Assembly: GCA_035358955.1 (NCBI GenBank)
Contig: DAORXN010000001.1
Span: 66,403-130,402, forward strand
From: Syntrophales bacterium
GTDB lineage: Bacteria; Desulfobacterota; Syntrophia; Syntrophales; UBA8958
Length of the DNA stretch: 64,000 nt
Direction: 5' to 3'
In this document: positions 49,544 through 58,954 of the stretch, one piece after another
Numbering within the stretch: the first letter of the stretch is position 1
How the letters are laid out: the number at the start of each line of letters is the position of its first letter
Program-made: the position numbers and the translations under genes
The notes under the pieces: model-generated
Database searches by the model: none
What the model saw: the letters and a program-made list of their open reading frames with translations, nothing else
Told to the model about the DNA's origin: nothing

Positions 49544-50002
49544 CTAGCCGAGGGTGGACAGCCTCTGTCGGACCTTTTCGCTGGCCTCTTTTCCGTCGGC
49601 CCGGCCGCTGATTAGGGGCATCAAGGCCTTCATAACCTTTCCCACATCCTTCGGGCCGGTAGCATTTGTTTCTGCGATCACCTTGTCTATGAGGGCTGCA
49701 AGTTCCTCCTCCGAAAGCGGCTGGGGTAAAAATTCCTGGATGATGGCGAGTTCTGCCTTTTCTTTTTCCACCAGATCCATCCGATCGCCCTTTTCGAACT
49801 GCTCAATCGATTCGCGACGCTGCTTCACCATAGAAGAGACCACCTGCAAAAACTCGGCCTCCGTGAGCGCTCTTTTTAAGTCTATTTCTTTATTGTGCAC
49901 AGCTGTCTTCAGCATCCTGAGCGCCGATAGGCGCACCTTATCCTTCGCCTTGGCGGCGGCAATACTTTCTCGCTCGATTCTTTCCTGGTAGTTTTCGGCC
50001 AT
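49544..50002 (-). CDS. GatB/YqeY domain-containing protein
   Basis: 152 aa. LSALRMLKTAVHNKEID, and the C-terminal GPKDVGKVMKALMP...GRADGK, typical of YqeY. Confidence 0.85.
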   Translation of the reverse strand: MAENYQERIERESIAAAKAKDKVRLSALRMLKTAVHNKEIDLKRALTEAEFLQVVSSMVKQRRESIEQFEKGDRMDLVEKEKAELAIIQEFLPQPLSEEELAALIDKVIAETNATGPKDVGKVMKALMPLISGRADGKEASEKVRQRLSTLG

Positions 50003-50050
50003 TTTTTAAACCTCTTTTCATAATTTAATTTTCGGCCCACTGAGTGTCAA

Positions 50051-50395
50051 CTAACCCAGTTCGTCCGTCAGCTTCCTGCCTCCCAATACGTGGAGATGAA
50101 CGTGAAATATGACCTGACCCCCTTCGGGGTTTACGTTCATGGCTATCCGAAACCCGCGCTCGGCTATGCCCATCTTCTTTGCTACCTCTTGGGCACCGTG
50201 TATCAGGGCGTAAATAATGTCTTTTTCACCTTCCGAGAAATCCATTACCGTGGCAAAGTGCTTTTTGGGGATGAGAATGATGTGCACCGGGGCCATGGGA
50301 TGGATATCCTCGAAGGCCAGGACGAGGTCGTCTTCATAAACCTTTTTGCTGGGAATTTCTCCCTTTACGATCCGGCAAAAAATGCAATCTTCCAT
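50051..50395 (-). CDS. HIT family (histidine triad) nucleotide hydrolase
   Basis: CIFCRIVKGEIPS, and the histidine triad HVHLHVLGG. Confidence 0.9.
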   Translation of the reverse strand: MEDCIFCRIVKGEIPSKKVYEDDLVLAFEDIHPMAPVHIILIPKKHFATVMDFSEGEKDIIYALIHGAQEVAKKMGIAERGFRIAMNVNPEGGQVIFHVHLHVLGGRKLTDELG

Positions 50396-50397
50396 CG

Positions 50398-51141
50398 TTA
50401 TGCACCTCCTTGCACAGCTTTCTTGGTGAAGGCAATGGCTTGAGACAGGGATAAGTCTCCCGTATACAAGGCCCTGCCGACGATTACCCCTAAGATGCCG
50501 GTGTGTTCAACTTCCATTAGCCTTGCGATGTCCGTGAGATTCTTTACCCCTCCTGATGCAATCACAGGCACATGTACGGCTTCGGCGAGCTTACGGGTCT
50601 CTTCCACGTTAACCCCTGTCTTCATGCCATCCCGACTTACGTCGGTGTAAATAATGGCTTCTATCCCCAACGAGTCGTACCTTCTGGCTATTTCTATGGC
50701 GTTAAGGGGGATCAATTCCGTCCATCCCTGGATGGCAACTTTTCCGTTCACCGCGTCGAGGCCGAGCATTATATGTCCCGGAAACAGTTGGCAGGCGGCC
50801 GTAAGAAAAGACTCCTCCCTGATCGCCGATGTGCCTAATATGACCCATCTTACGCCTAAACCGAGGTAGGTTTCGATGGTCTTTAAGTCCCTGATCCCTC
50901 CGCCCACCTGGATGGGGACTCTTGTTTCTTCCATGATCCGGGCAATAGCGGTTAGGTTTTTCGGCTTTCCCTCCAACGAGCCATCCAGATCCACGAGATG
51001 AATCCTTTCCGCCCCTTCGTCCTGCCATTTTTTTGCGACGGACGAGGGATCAGCGTCATAGACGGTGATGCGCTTAAAGTCCCCTTGCGCCAGGCGGACG
51101 CAAAGGCCGTCTTTCAAATCGATGGCGGGGATGACGATCAC
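50398..51141 (-). CDS. hisA: ProFAR isomerase HisA
   Basis: IPAIDLKDGLCVRL, HLVDLDG, QVGGGIR and SGGV, the HisA (beta/alpha)8 motifs. Confidence 0.93.
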   Translation of the reverse strand: MIVIPAIDLKDGLCVRLAQGDFKRITVYDADPSSVAKKWQDEGAERIHLVDLDGSLEGKPKNLTAIARIMEETRVPIQVGGGIRDLKTIETYLGLGVRWVILGTSAIREESFLTAACQLFPGHIMLGLDAVNGKVAIQGWTELIPLNAIEIARRYDSLGIEAIIYTDVSRDGMKTGVNVEETRKLAEAVHVPVIASGGVKNLTDIARLMEVEHTGILGVIVGRALYTGDLSLSQAIAFTKKAVQGGA

Positions 51142-51145
51142 CTGT

Positions 51146-51868
51146 TTATTCCTCCCCCGAACTCAATAGTTCACGCCGGAAGCGGGAGACAATTTCTTGA
51201 ACCCCTTCTTGGGCCAATTCTTTGGCCGTGACCCATTTCCCCCGGTCTTTTATGAAGGATTTGATATCCAACACATTTTCCATGAGGGACTGCTGCGTCT
51301 TGTCGAAGACGGCCCGCCACAGAAGCGCCCCGTCCCGACATCGGTAGAGCTGGATTTCCAAAAAGACGGCGGCGGGTTTATCCACCCCGTAACTATAGCC
51401 CACCCTTTCGCGGTAGTTGTAAACGAAGCCCACGAAGACGGCATCGGCTTCTAATTTAATCCCTAATTGGCGCAGGGCCTCGGGAAAAGAGAGTTTGAAA
51501 GAAGAAGAGACGATTTCTGCGTAAGTAACCCCCGTCTTCGCTGGAGAAACAAGGGGTATTTTAATGGACTCGGATAGGGCTTCCCAGAAAATCTCTTCCA
51601 CCACCGCCGCGGGCGAAGAGGGCGCATTATCCGTTTTTATGATGGTGGCGGGCCGGGCCGCCACTTCCGAAATGCGGGCAAAGCCCTCCGGTGGCACGGC
51701 CTGAAAGGGCAAGACGGCTATTTTCTTGAGCGCCCCCTCCGGCTTTTGCAAAGAAGAAGTGGATACGCCGCTGGACAGGTGGCAGGCAGAAAAGAGCGAA
51801 ACGATGATCCAACAAAAAAACCCCGCTTTTATTGAGGGCTGGCTTATTTTTTTCAGGCCACAAAACAA
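51146..51868 (-). CDS. hypothetical lipoprotein embedded in the his operon
   Basis: Own start assignment: TTG at 51866-51868, 8 nt downstream of GAGGAGG (51877-51883), which overlaps the hisB stop. This gives the signal peptide MFCGLKKISQPSIKAGFFCWIIVSLFSAC with the lipobox FSAC. A KIAVLPF motif follows. The track's ATG at 51910 would overlap hisB by 29 nt. Confidence 0.6.
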   Translation of the reverse strand: MFCGLKKISQPSIKAGFFCWIIVSLFSACHLSSGVSTSSLQKPEGALKKIAVLPFQAVPPEGFARISEVAARPATIIKTDNAPSSPAAVVEEIFWEALSESIKIPLVSPAKTGVTYAEIVSSSFKLSFPEALRQLGIKLEADAVFVGFVYNYRERVGYSYGVDKPAAVFLEIQLYRCRDGALLWRAVFDKTQQSLMENVLDIKSFIKDRGKWVTAKELAQEGVQEIVSRFRRELLSSGEE

Positions 51869-51881
51869 AATGCGGTCCTCC

Positions 51882-52469
51882 TCAAAGGGTACCTTTCGTC
51901 GACATGACACCGGTGATCCTTTCGTTGCGCGCCACGGCTCTCCTCAAAGCCCTGGCCACCGCCTTGAAAACCGCTTCCGCGATGTGGTGGTCATTGATGC
52001 CGTAAGCGAGGTTGATGTGTAGGGTAAGGTTTCCTTTATCTGCGAGGGCTTTGAAGAATTCCCGCAGCAGGGAAGGATCGAAATTTCCAATCCTCGGCCC
52101 GGCAAATTCGACTCGATAGATGAGCGAAGGGCGACCGGAAAGATCGATTGCCACACTGACAAGGCTTTCGTCCATGGGGACCAAGGCCTCCCCATACCTT
52201 TCCACCCCTTCTTTTTCCCCCAGGGCTTCTGATATGGCCTGCCCCAGACAGATGCCTACGTCCTCTACCAGATGATGATCGTCTACCGCCCGATCCCCCT
52301 GCCCTTTGACACTCAGGTCGAAGAGTCCGTGGCGGCAAAAAAGGGTGAGCATGTGATTTAGAAAGGGGATATCCGTCTCAATGCACGCCTTTCCCTCTCC
52401 GTCCAGGTTTATTTCCACTTTCACCTCTGTTTCGGCAGTTTTTCTCTCAACCCTTGCTTTTCTTGTCAA
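51882..52469 (-). CDS. hisB: imidazoleglycerol-phosphate dehydratase
   Basis: RKTAETEV, GIPFLNHML-type FLNHMLTLF, DDHHLVEDVGI and NDHHIAEAVFKA are the IGPD metal motifs. Confidence 0.93.
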   Translation of the reverse strand: MTRKARVERKTAETEVKVEINLDGEGKACIETDIPFLNHMLTLFCRHGLFDLSVKGQGDRAVDDHHLVEDVGICLGQAISEALGEKEGVERYGEALVPMDESLVSVAIDLSGRPSLIYRVEFAGPRIGNFDPSLLREFFKALADKGNLTLHINLAYGINDHHIAEAVFKAVARALRRAVARNERITGVMSTKGTL

Positions 52470-52485
52470 AAGCCACCTCCTGTCG

Positions 52486-53355
52486 TCAAATGACCTTGTT
52501 TAAAGCGTATTCGAGGAAGCCTTCCGCCCCCGCTTCCCTGAGAAGAGGGATGAGCTCTCGGACGACTTTGGCATCTACCACCGTCTCCACGGCAAACCAG
52601 TCCTCATTGTACAAGGGCGAAACGGTAGGGGCCTTAAGAGAGGGAAGAAGAAGCATGACCCTACCCAAGTTTTCCCTGGCCACGTTGAGCTTTAACCCCA
52701 CCTTCCCTACCGCCTCGAGTGACCCGTTCAACAACAGACGGATTTGCTCGATTTTCCTTCTCTTCCAAGGATCCTCCCAGGCGGCGGGATTGGCGATCAG
52801 TTGCGGATTGGTGGTCATAATTTCATGAATGATGCGCAGCTTGTTAGCCCTAATCGTAGAGCCGGTTTCTGTCACTTCTACGATGGCATCCACCAGCCCT
52901 TCCACCACTTTCGCTTCAGTGGCGCCCCACGAGAATTCCACCTGGACGGGAATGTTCCTCTCGGCAAAGTACCGCTTCGTAAAATTTACCAGTTCTGTGG
53001 AGATTTTTTTCCCCGCCAGGTCTTCAAGACGCTCGATGGGAGAGTCCTGCCTGACCACCACTACCCATCGCGCAGGGCGGTAGGAAACCTTGGAATAGAT
53101 GAGGTCCTGCACGACCACGACCCGAGAATCATTTTCGAGGATCCAATCCTTCCCAGTGAGGCCCAAATCCAGGGTGCCATCTTCCACATATCTCGACATT
53201 TCCTGGGCCCGCACGAGCGTGCAAGCCAGTTCGTCATCGTCTATCTCGGGGAAATAGCTGCGCCTGTCGTATGTTATATGCCAGCCGGCTCGTTTGAAAA
53301 GCTCAACGGTACTTTCCTCTAAACTCCCTTTCGGAATGCCAATTTTCAGCTTCAT
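52486..53355 (-). CDS. hisG: ATP phosphoribosyltransferase, long form
   Basis: [32 protein letters not shown], plus a C-terminal regulatory domain. 289 aa. Confidence 0.93.
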   Translation of the reverse strand: MKLKIGIPKGSLEESTVELFKRAGWHITYDRRSYFPEIDDDELACTLVRAQEMSRYVEDGTLDLGLTGKDWILENDSRVVVVQDLIYSKVSYRPARWVVVVRQDSPIERLEDLAGKKISTELVNFTKRYFAERNIPVQVEFSWGATEAKVVEGLVDAIVEVTETGSTIRANKLRIIHEIMTTNPQLIANPAAWEDPWKRRKIEQIRLLLNGSLEAVGKVGLKLNVARENLGRVMLLLPSLKAPTVSPLYNEDWFAVETVVDAKVVRELIPLLREAGAEGFLEYALNKVI

Positions 53356-53744
53356 TTTTTATACACCACCTCCGGATCGAAGACCTTCTCCCCGGTAACG
53401 ACGAGCTTTCCTCCTTCCCATCGTCGGTAGAAGCACGAACGATAACCGGTGTGGCAGGCGGCTTTACCTTTCTGTTCCACTTTGATAAGTACTGTATCTT
53501 CGTCGCAATCGAGGTAGACTTCTTTTACGAGTTGCACGTTCCCGGAACTTTCTCCTTTCACCCACAGGTTGTTTCTCGATCGACTCCAGTAAGTGGCCTT
53601 CCCCGTCTCGAGCGTGCGATTCCACGCCTCTTCATTCATGTAGGCCAGCATGAGAACCTGCCCCGTCTCTACGTCTTGAACGATGGTGGGGATTAAGCCC
53701 CCGCCTTTCTCGAAGTTAGGTTTTACCATTTTTTGCCTCATCAA
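53352..53744 (-). CDS. hisI: phosphoribosyl-AMP cyclohydrolase (monofunctional HisI)
   Basis: [33 protein letters not shown] and DCDEDT..IKV. At 130 aa there is no HisE domain. Confidence 0.92.
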   Translation of the reverse strand: MMRQKMVKPNFEKGGGLIPTIVQDVETGQVLMLAYMNEEAWNRTLETGKATYWSRSRNNLWVKGESSGNVQLVKEVYLDCDEDTVLIKVEQKGKAACHTGYRSCFYRRWEGGKLVVTGEKVFDPEVVYKK

Positions 53745-53765
53745 TTAATCTCAGCATAAATTCTT

Positions 53766-53794
53766 ATTGTAATTGAAAATATCGTTCTCATCAA
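53766..53794 (-). promoter_or_regulatory. putative sigma70 promoter of the his operon
   Basis: The minus strand has TTGATG (53789-53794), a 17 nt spacer, then TACAAT (53766-53771), about 20 nt upstream of the hisI start. Confidence 0.35.
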
Positions 53795-53917
53795 GCTTTA
53801 TTTTCCCTTGCCTGGGGGCTCAAAGTTTGATAGAAAACATTTAGTTTACCGGAGGAAATTTCAAGGCCGCGGCGATGTTTTGCTAAGGTCTTAAATAGAA
53901 AGGGAGGTGACTATCCC

Positions 53918-54217
53918 ATGCCACTCATGATTGGAGGTGCTATAGCCCTGACCCTGGGTATCGTAGGCATTTTCGCCTGGTTTCACGATCTGGTAATTAT
54001 CATTAAGGGTTCTTTGCCCCTCCTCTTTATTTTGGGGGGGATTTTGGCCATCTACATTGGTTACGATGATTACCAGGAAAAGATGAAGGAGGAAAAGAGA
54101 AAGCAAGAAGAGAAGCTCGCTCAAGCGCGGGATGAAATAGAGAAGATCCGTGCCCAAGCCGAGCTTTATCGCGAAGAACTGGAAAAGATGAAAAAGACAG
54201 ATAGCCCAAATGCTTGA
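53918..54217 (+). CDS. small membrane protein with a charged coiled-coil tail (hypothetical)
   Basis: RBS GGGAGG is 8 nt upstream of the ATG. Two TM helices (IGGAIALTLGIVGIFAWF, LPLLFILGGILAIYIGY), then the K/E-rich QEKMKEEKRKQEEKLAQARDEIEKIRAQAELYREELEKMKK. Confidence 0.55.
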   Translation: MPLMIGGAIALTLGIVGIFAWFHDLVIIIKGSLPLLFILGGILAIYIGYDDYQEKMKEEKRKQEEKLAQARDEIEKIRAQAELYREELEKMKKTDSPNA

Positions 54218-54438
54218 CAAGGAGATTTAAATCTTTTAGTAAAAACCGTCTAATGACTTGGGCGAGAGGATTCATGCATAACACCCCACAAATGCTTGGC
54301 CTTTATCTCCTATCTACCACCTACAAGTATTGATGCCTGCCGCTGCGGGTATGTCCCCGTGGTCAGGCAGGCTAATTAGCATTTAACCCACAATCATAAC
54401 CCTTTGGGGGAGAAATTCGTTGGAAGGAGGAAGATATT

Positions 54439-55581
54439 ATGTGGTCACAAATGTTTAGATTTTCGCTAGTGTTGGCAATCGTTTTCAGTGTTTATATCCC
54501 TGCTTTAGCTGCGGATAGTGTGAAATTAGGGGCCCTGTTTTCCGTGACGGGCCCACCTTCCTTTTTGGGGGAACCGGAGCGTAATACGGCGCAGATGATG
54601 GTGGAAAAAATAAACAAGGCCGGCGGGGTGAAGGGGAAGAAAATAGAGCTCATCGTGTACGACACCCAGGGAGATCCAACGAAGGCCAATCAGGCGGCGG
54701 ATCGTCTCATCAAGGAAGATAAGGTGGTTGCCATCATGGGCCCCAGTACGACGGGTGAGACGATGGCCATTATCCCCCTGGTGGAGAGGGCCAAGATACC
54801 TTTGATTTCCTGCGCCGCGGGCATCAAAATAACCGAACCCGTAAAGAAATGGGTGTTCAAGACGGCCCAGAACGATTCCCTGGCCGTCCAAAAGATATTC
54901 CAACACCTGAAGGAAAAGAAAGTTAGAAAGATAGCTATCCTCACGGTGTCAGATGGATTCGGCGCCTCCGGACGGGAGCAGTTGAAGATTTATGCCCCGA
55001 AGTACGACCTCGAGATCGTATCGGATGAAACCTTTGGCCCCAAGGATACGGACATGACGGCCCAATTGACCAAGGTACGGGGATCTCAGGCCCAGGCTAT
55101 CATCTGCTGGGGGACGAATCCCGGTCCGGCCGTGGTGGCGAGGAATGTGAATCAGTTGAATTTGAACCTCCCCCTCTATATGAGTCACGGCGTTTCATCT
55201 AAAAAATTCATCGAGTTGGCGGGGGCGGCGGCCGAAGGGATTGTGCTACCCTCGGGGAAGGTTCTGGTCGCGGACCTCCTTCCCGATAAGGATCCCCAAA
55301 AGAAGCATCTCTTATCTTTTATCCGTGAGTACAAGGCCCGATTCAAAACGGAAGGGGACCATTTTGGCGGTCATGCTTGGGATGCCGTCATGTTGTTGAA
55401 AAGTGCGATGGAACAGGCGGGGTTTTCTCCGGTGGCCATTCGAGATGGACTGGAAAAGATAAAAGACTTTTCCGGGATTGGGGGTGTTTTTTCCTTTTCT
55501 CCCGAAGATCATGCCGGGCTCACGGTAGATGCCTTCGTGCTGGTGCAGGTGAAAAACGGCAAATGGTCCCTGGTTAAATAG
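54439..55581 (+). CDS. ABC transporter substrate-binding protein, branched-chain amino acid (LivK/Peripla_BP_6) type
   Basis: A signal peptide, VKLGALFSVTGP, YDTQGDP and GPSTTG. RBS GGAAGGAGG is upstream. Confidence 0.9.
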   Translation: MWSQMFRFSLVLAIVFSVYIPALAADSVKLGALFSVTGPPSFLGEPERNTAQMMVEKINKAGGVKGKKIELIVYDTQGDPTKANQAADRLIKEDKVVAIMGPSTTGETMAIIPLVERAKIPLISCAAGIKITEPVKKWVFKTAQNDSLAVQKIFQHLKEKKVRKIAILTVSDGFGASGREQLKIYAPKYDLEIVSDETFGPKDTDMTAQLTKVRGSQAQAIICWGTNPGPAVVARNVNQLNLNLPLYMSHGVSSKKFIELAGAAAEGIVLPSGKVLVADLLPDKDPQKKHLLSFIREYKARFKTEGDHFGGHAWDAVMLLKSAMEQAGFSPVAIRDGLEKIKDFSGIGGVFSFSPEDHAGLTVDAFVLVQVKNGKWSLVK

Positions 55582-55639
55582 GGTGGGGGAAAGGGGGTAA
55601 AGGTGCTGTTTTGCGCCTTTGCCCCCTTAAATAAAGCTA

Positions 55640-56524
55640 ATGGATTCGAGCGCGCAGATTTTTCAATACCTACTGTCCGGGCTGGCCAATGGTGCCATCT
55701 ATGGGCTCATCGGCTTCGGCTTTGCCATTATCTTTAATGCCACCGGCATCATCAATTTTGCCCAAGGCGAGTTCGTGATGCTCGGGGGTATGATCACAGT
55801 CTTCTTGCTTCATGGGTGTCATCTACCCTTATATTTTTCTGTTTTTCTCGCTGTTTTCCTCACGCTGGCAATTGGTATCTGTTTCGAGCGCCTCGCCATC
55901 AGCCCCCTTAAAGACGCGTCGCCCATAACCATCGTGATTATTACCATCGGGGCCAGTATTTTAATCCGCGGTCTCAGTATGCTCATCTGGGGCAAAGATA
56001 CCTATGCCCTGCCTTCCTTCTCGGGAGATGCGGCCATCAACTTGAAAGGCGCAACCATCATGCCGCAGCATCTCTGGATTTTTGGCATCACGGTGGTCAT
56101 CATCTTTTTCAACCGCCTATTCTTTTATCATACCATCTATGGGAAGGCCATGCGGGCCTGCTCTGTGAATCCCAGGGCCGCCGGCCTCGTGGGGATCAAC
56201 GTCAAGGTGATGGTCCTTCTCTCTTTCGCCATCAGCTCGGCTTTGGGCGCCCTGGCCGGCATTATCATTGCGCCCATTACCATGACATCTTACGATGTGG
56301 GCATCATGTTGGGACTGAAAGGTTTTTGTGCCGCAATCATAGGTGGTATGGGTAGCGGCATGGGAGCCGTACTGGGGGGATTGATCTTAGGCATCCTTGA
56401 ATCCTTAGGGGCCGGCATGATTTCTGCGAGTTATAAAGACGCCATAGCCTTTGTTGTGCTTTTGGCCATCTTGTTTTTCCGGCCCGGGGGTCTTCTGAGC
56501 CGCCGGGAGATAGAAAGGGTATAG
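55640..56524 (+). CDS. livH: branched-chain amino acid ABC transporter permease (LivH type)
   Basis: LANGAIYGLIGFGFAIIFNATGIINFAQGEFVMLG is the LivH signature. 294 aa. Confidence 0.9.
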   Translation: MDSSAQIFQYLLSGLANGAIYGLIGFGFAIIFNATGIINFAQGEFVMLGGMITVFLLHGCHLPLYFSVFLAVFLTLAIGICFERLAISPLKDASPITIVIITIGASILIRGLSMLIWGKDTYALPSFSGDAAINLKGATIMPQHLWIFGITVVIIFFNRLFFYHTIYGKAMRACSVNPRAAGLVGINVKVMVLLSFAISSALGALAGIIIAPITMTSYDVGIMLGLKGFCAAIIGGMGSGMGAVLGGLILGILESLGAGMISASYKDAIAFVVLLAILFFRPGGLLSRREIERV

Positions 56525-56525
56525 G

Positions 56526-57473
56526 ATGAAAAAGACGGATCGCATCCTGTTTGTCGCCTTTGCCTTAGGCATCCTTAGCCTCCCGATGATTTTGCAGGAC
56601 AGTTACCTCCTGCACGTTTTCGTTTTCATCGGTATCCATACCATGCTGGCAGTGGCGCTAAACTTGCTCCTCGGCTATGCTGGGCAGATTTCCCTGGGAC
56701 AAGGGGCCTTGTTTGGTTTAGGGGCTTACCTCTCGGCCATCCTCTCTACCAAGTACAGTCTAAATCCCTGGATTGGAATGCTCGTGGCCGCTTTTATCGT
56801 CTCGGTGATCGCGTACGTAGTCGGCTTTCCTATCCTCAAGCTCCGGGGGCATTATCTGGCCATGGCCACTTTGGGTCTCGGCATTATCCTTTACATCGTC
56901 TTCAATGAAACCGTGGAATGGACGGGCGGGCCTTCCGGGTTGCCAGGGATTCCCAATCTTAAGGTGGGCGCTTTGGTCTTCGATCAAGATCGGGCCAATT
57001 ATTATCTGATCTGGGCCTTTGCTTTGGTGACCATGTTTTTGGCCTTCAACCTGTACCATTCTCGCATTGGCCGGGCCCTTAGGGCGGTAAGCGATTCGGA
57101 GGTTGCATCTCGCATGATGGGCATCGATGCCTGGGTACTTAAAGTGAAAATTTTTACGGTAGCCGCCTTTATCTCTTCCCTGGCGGGAAGCCTCTACGCC
57201 CACACGATGACTTTCATTGCCCCGGCCTCTTTCGGCTTTAACTTTTCGGTGGAGATTCTGACCATGGTGGTGGTGGGGGGATTGGGTAGTGTCTTCGGTT
57301 CGTTTCTCGGGGCGGCGATCCTTACCTTGCTGCCCGAATGGCTTCGGGTGTTCCAAGACTTGGACATCGTCATCTACGGCCTTCTCCTCATCTTGATTAT
57401 GATGTTCATGCCGCAAGGCTTGGTGGGGATAATAAAGTTGCTTAAGGCCCGGGTCTATGCTGAAAATAGATAA
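56526..57473 (+). CDS. livM: branched-chain amino acid ABC transporter permease (LivM type)
   Basis: LNLLLGYAGQISLGQGALFGLGAY is the LivM signature. Confidence 0.9.
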   Translation: MKKTDRILFVAFALGILSLPMILQDSYLLHVFVFIGIHTMLAVALNLLLGYAGQISLGQGALFGLGAYLSAILSTKYSLNPWIGMLVAAFIVSVIAYVVGFPILKLRGHYLAMATLGLGIILYIVFNETVEWTGGPSGLPGIPNLKVGALVFDQDRANYYLIWAFALVTMFLAFNLYHSRIGRALRAVSDSEVASRMMGIDAWVLKVKIFTVAAFISSLAGSLYAHTMTFIAPASFGFNFSVEILTMVVVGGLGSVFGSFLGAAILTLLPEWLRVFQDLDIVIYGLLLILIMMFMPQGLVGIIKLLKARVYAENR

Positions 57474-58209
57474 GGTAAGCAAAGCTTTCGGTGGAATTGC
57501 GGCCTTGAGTCATGTTTCTGTGACCGTTGAGGAAGGAACGATAACGGGGATCATCGGTCCGAACGGGGCGGGAAAGACGACCCTCTTTAACATTGTCACC
57601 GGCCTTTACCCGCCGGATGAAGGAGAGGTTTATCTTCAAGCACAAAGGGTAACTTTTCTTCCCCCGGAGAAGCTGGTGCGCTTAGGCTTGGTCCGGACGT
57701 TTCAGAACCTGGAGCTGTTTGGGCGGATGACGATTTTGGAAAACGTCATGGTGGGGTTATACACGAAAAGTTCGGCCGGTCTTATGGCCTGCGCCTTGCG
57801 TTTGCCTAAGCAAAGGAGGGAAGAGGAGCGGGTTCGCCGCGAGGCGCTCAAATGGATTGATTTCTGTGGCCTGGCCGAGGTGGCGGAAAAAGAGGCCGCC
57901 AGCCTGCCCCTGGGCCAGGGGAGACTGCTCGAAATTGCCCGTGCCCTTGCGACCAACCCAAAAATCATCCTCATGGACGAGCCCGCCGCCGGTTTAAACA
58001 CGAGAGAAACAGCGGCCCTCGCCGAGTTGATGAGGAAGATAAGGGAGATGGGTGTTACCGTAGTGCTCGTTGAGCATGATATGGAATTGGTGATGGAGGT
58101 CTGCGACCGCATCTCGGTACTCAATTTGGGGCAAAAGCTGGCCGAAGGGACGCCACGGGAGATACAGGATAACCCCGCTGTAATCAACGCCTATCTCGGG
58201 GAGGATTAA
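57457..58209 (+). CDS. livG: branched-chain amino acid ABC transporter ATP-binding protein (LivG type)
   Basis: Walker A GPNGAGKTT, the LivG insertion, the signature LPLGQGRLLEIARAL, and Walker B ILMDEPAAG. Confidence 0.92.
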   Translation: MLKIDKVSKAFGGIAALSHVSVTVEEGTITGIIGPNGAGKTTLFNIVTGLYPPDEGEVYLQAQRVTFLPPEKLVRLGLVRTFQNLELFGRMTILENVMVGLYTKSSAGLMACALRLPKQRREEERVRREALKWIDFCGLAEVAEKEAASLPLGQGRLLEIARALATNPKIILMDEPAAGLNTRETAALAELMRKIREMGVTVVLVEHDMELVMEVCDRISVLNLGQKLAEGTPREIQDNPAVINAYLGED

Positions 58210-58952
58210 TGCTCACCGTAAAGAATGTAAACACCTACTACGGTCAGCTACAGGCCTTGAAGAATGTTTCTCTTCACCTGAAGAAAGGGGAGATCGTCAC
58301 CCTCATCGGTGCCAACGGAGCCGGAAAATCCACCCTCATCAACACCATTTCCGGTCTTACCCCCCCGAGGACGGGAACCATTGTCTTCGACGGCATAAAC
58401 ATTGCGAAGCTGCCGCCTTACCAGATCGTAGAACTCGGTATTTGCCAAGTGCCGGAAGGGCGCCAGATTTTCAAAGCCCTTTCCGTCTATGAGAACTTGG
58501 AATTGGGTGCTTACCTAAAGCTGCGCCGGGCAGGGGGGCGTTCGGCCTTTAGGGCGTCTGTCGAGCGGGTATTTGCCCTTTTCCCTCTCTTGTGGGAAAG
58601 GCGAGATCAACCGGCCGGTACCCTCTCCGGCGGTGAACAGCAGATGCTCGCCATCGGTCGGGCCCTTATGGCGCAGCCAAAGGTGCTTCTTCTGGATGAG
58701 CCCTCCATGGGGCTCGCACCCCTCATCGTAAAGGAGATCTTCTCGGTGATCCAGGCGCTCGCTCGTGAAGGGGGAACGACCGTCCTTCTTGTGGAGCAGA
58801 ATGCCAAGGCGGCCCTGAAAATAGCCGATCGGGGTTACGTTCTGGAGACGGGAAAGGTCGTCATGGAGGGGGAGACGGCCGAACTAATGGAAAATAGAGA
58901 GGTAAAAAGGGCCTATCTGGGGCGGGAAAGAAAAGAAATTTGGGAGAGATGA
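58209..58952 (+). CDS. livF: branched-chain amino acid ABC transporter ATP-binding protein (LivF type)
   Basis: Walker A GANGAGKST, the signature LSGGEQQMLAIGRAL, and Walker B LLLDEPSMGLAP. Confidence 0.92.
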   Translation: MLTVKNVNTYYGQLQALKNVSLHLKKGEIVTLIGANGAGKSTLINTISGLTPPRTGTIVFDGINIAKLPPYQIVELGICQVPEGRQIFKALSVYENLELGAYLKLRRAGGRSAFRASVERVFALFPLLWERRDQPAGTLSGGEQQMLAIGRALMAQPKVLLLDEPSMGLAPLIVKEIFSVIQALAREGGTTVLLVEQNAKAALKIADRGYVLETGKVVMEGETAELMENREVKRAYLGRERKEIWER

Positions 58953-58954
58953 AA

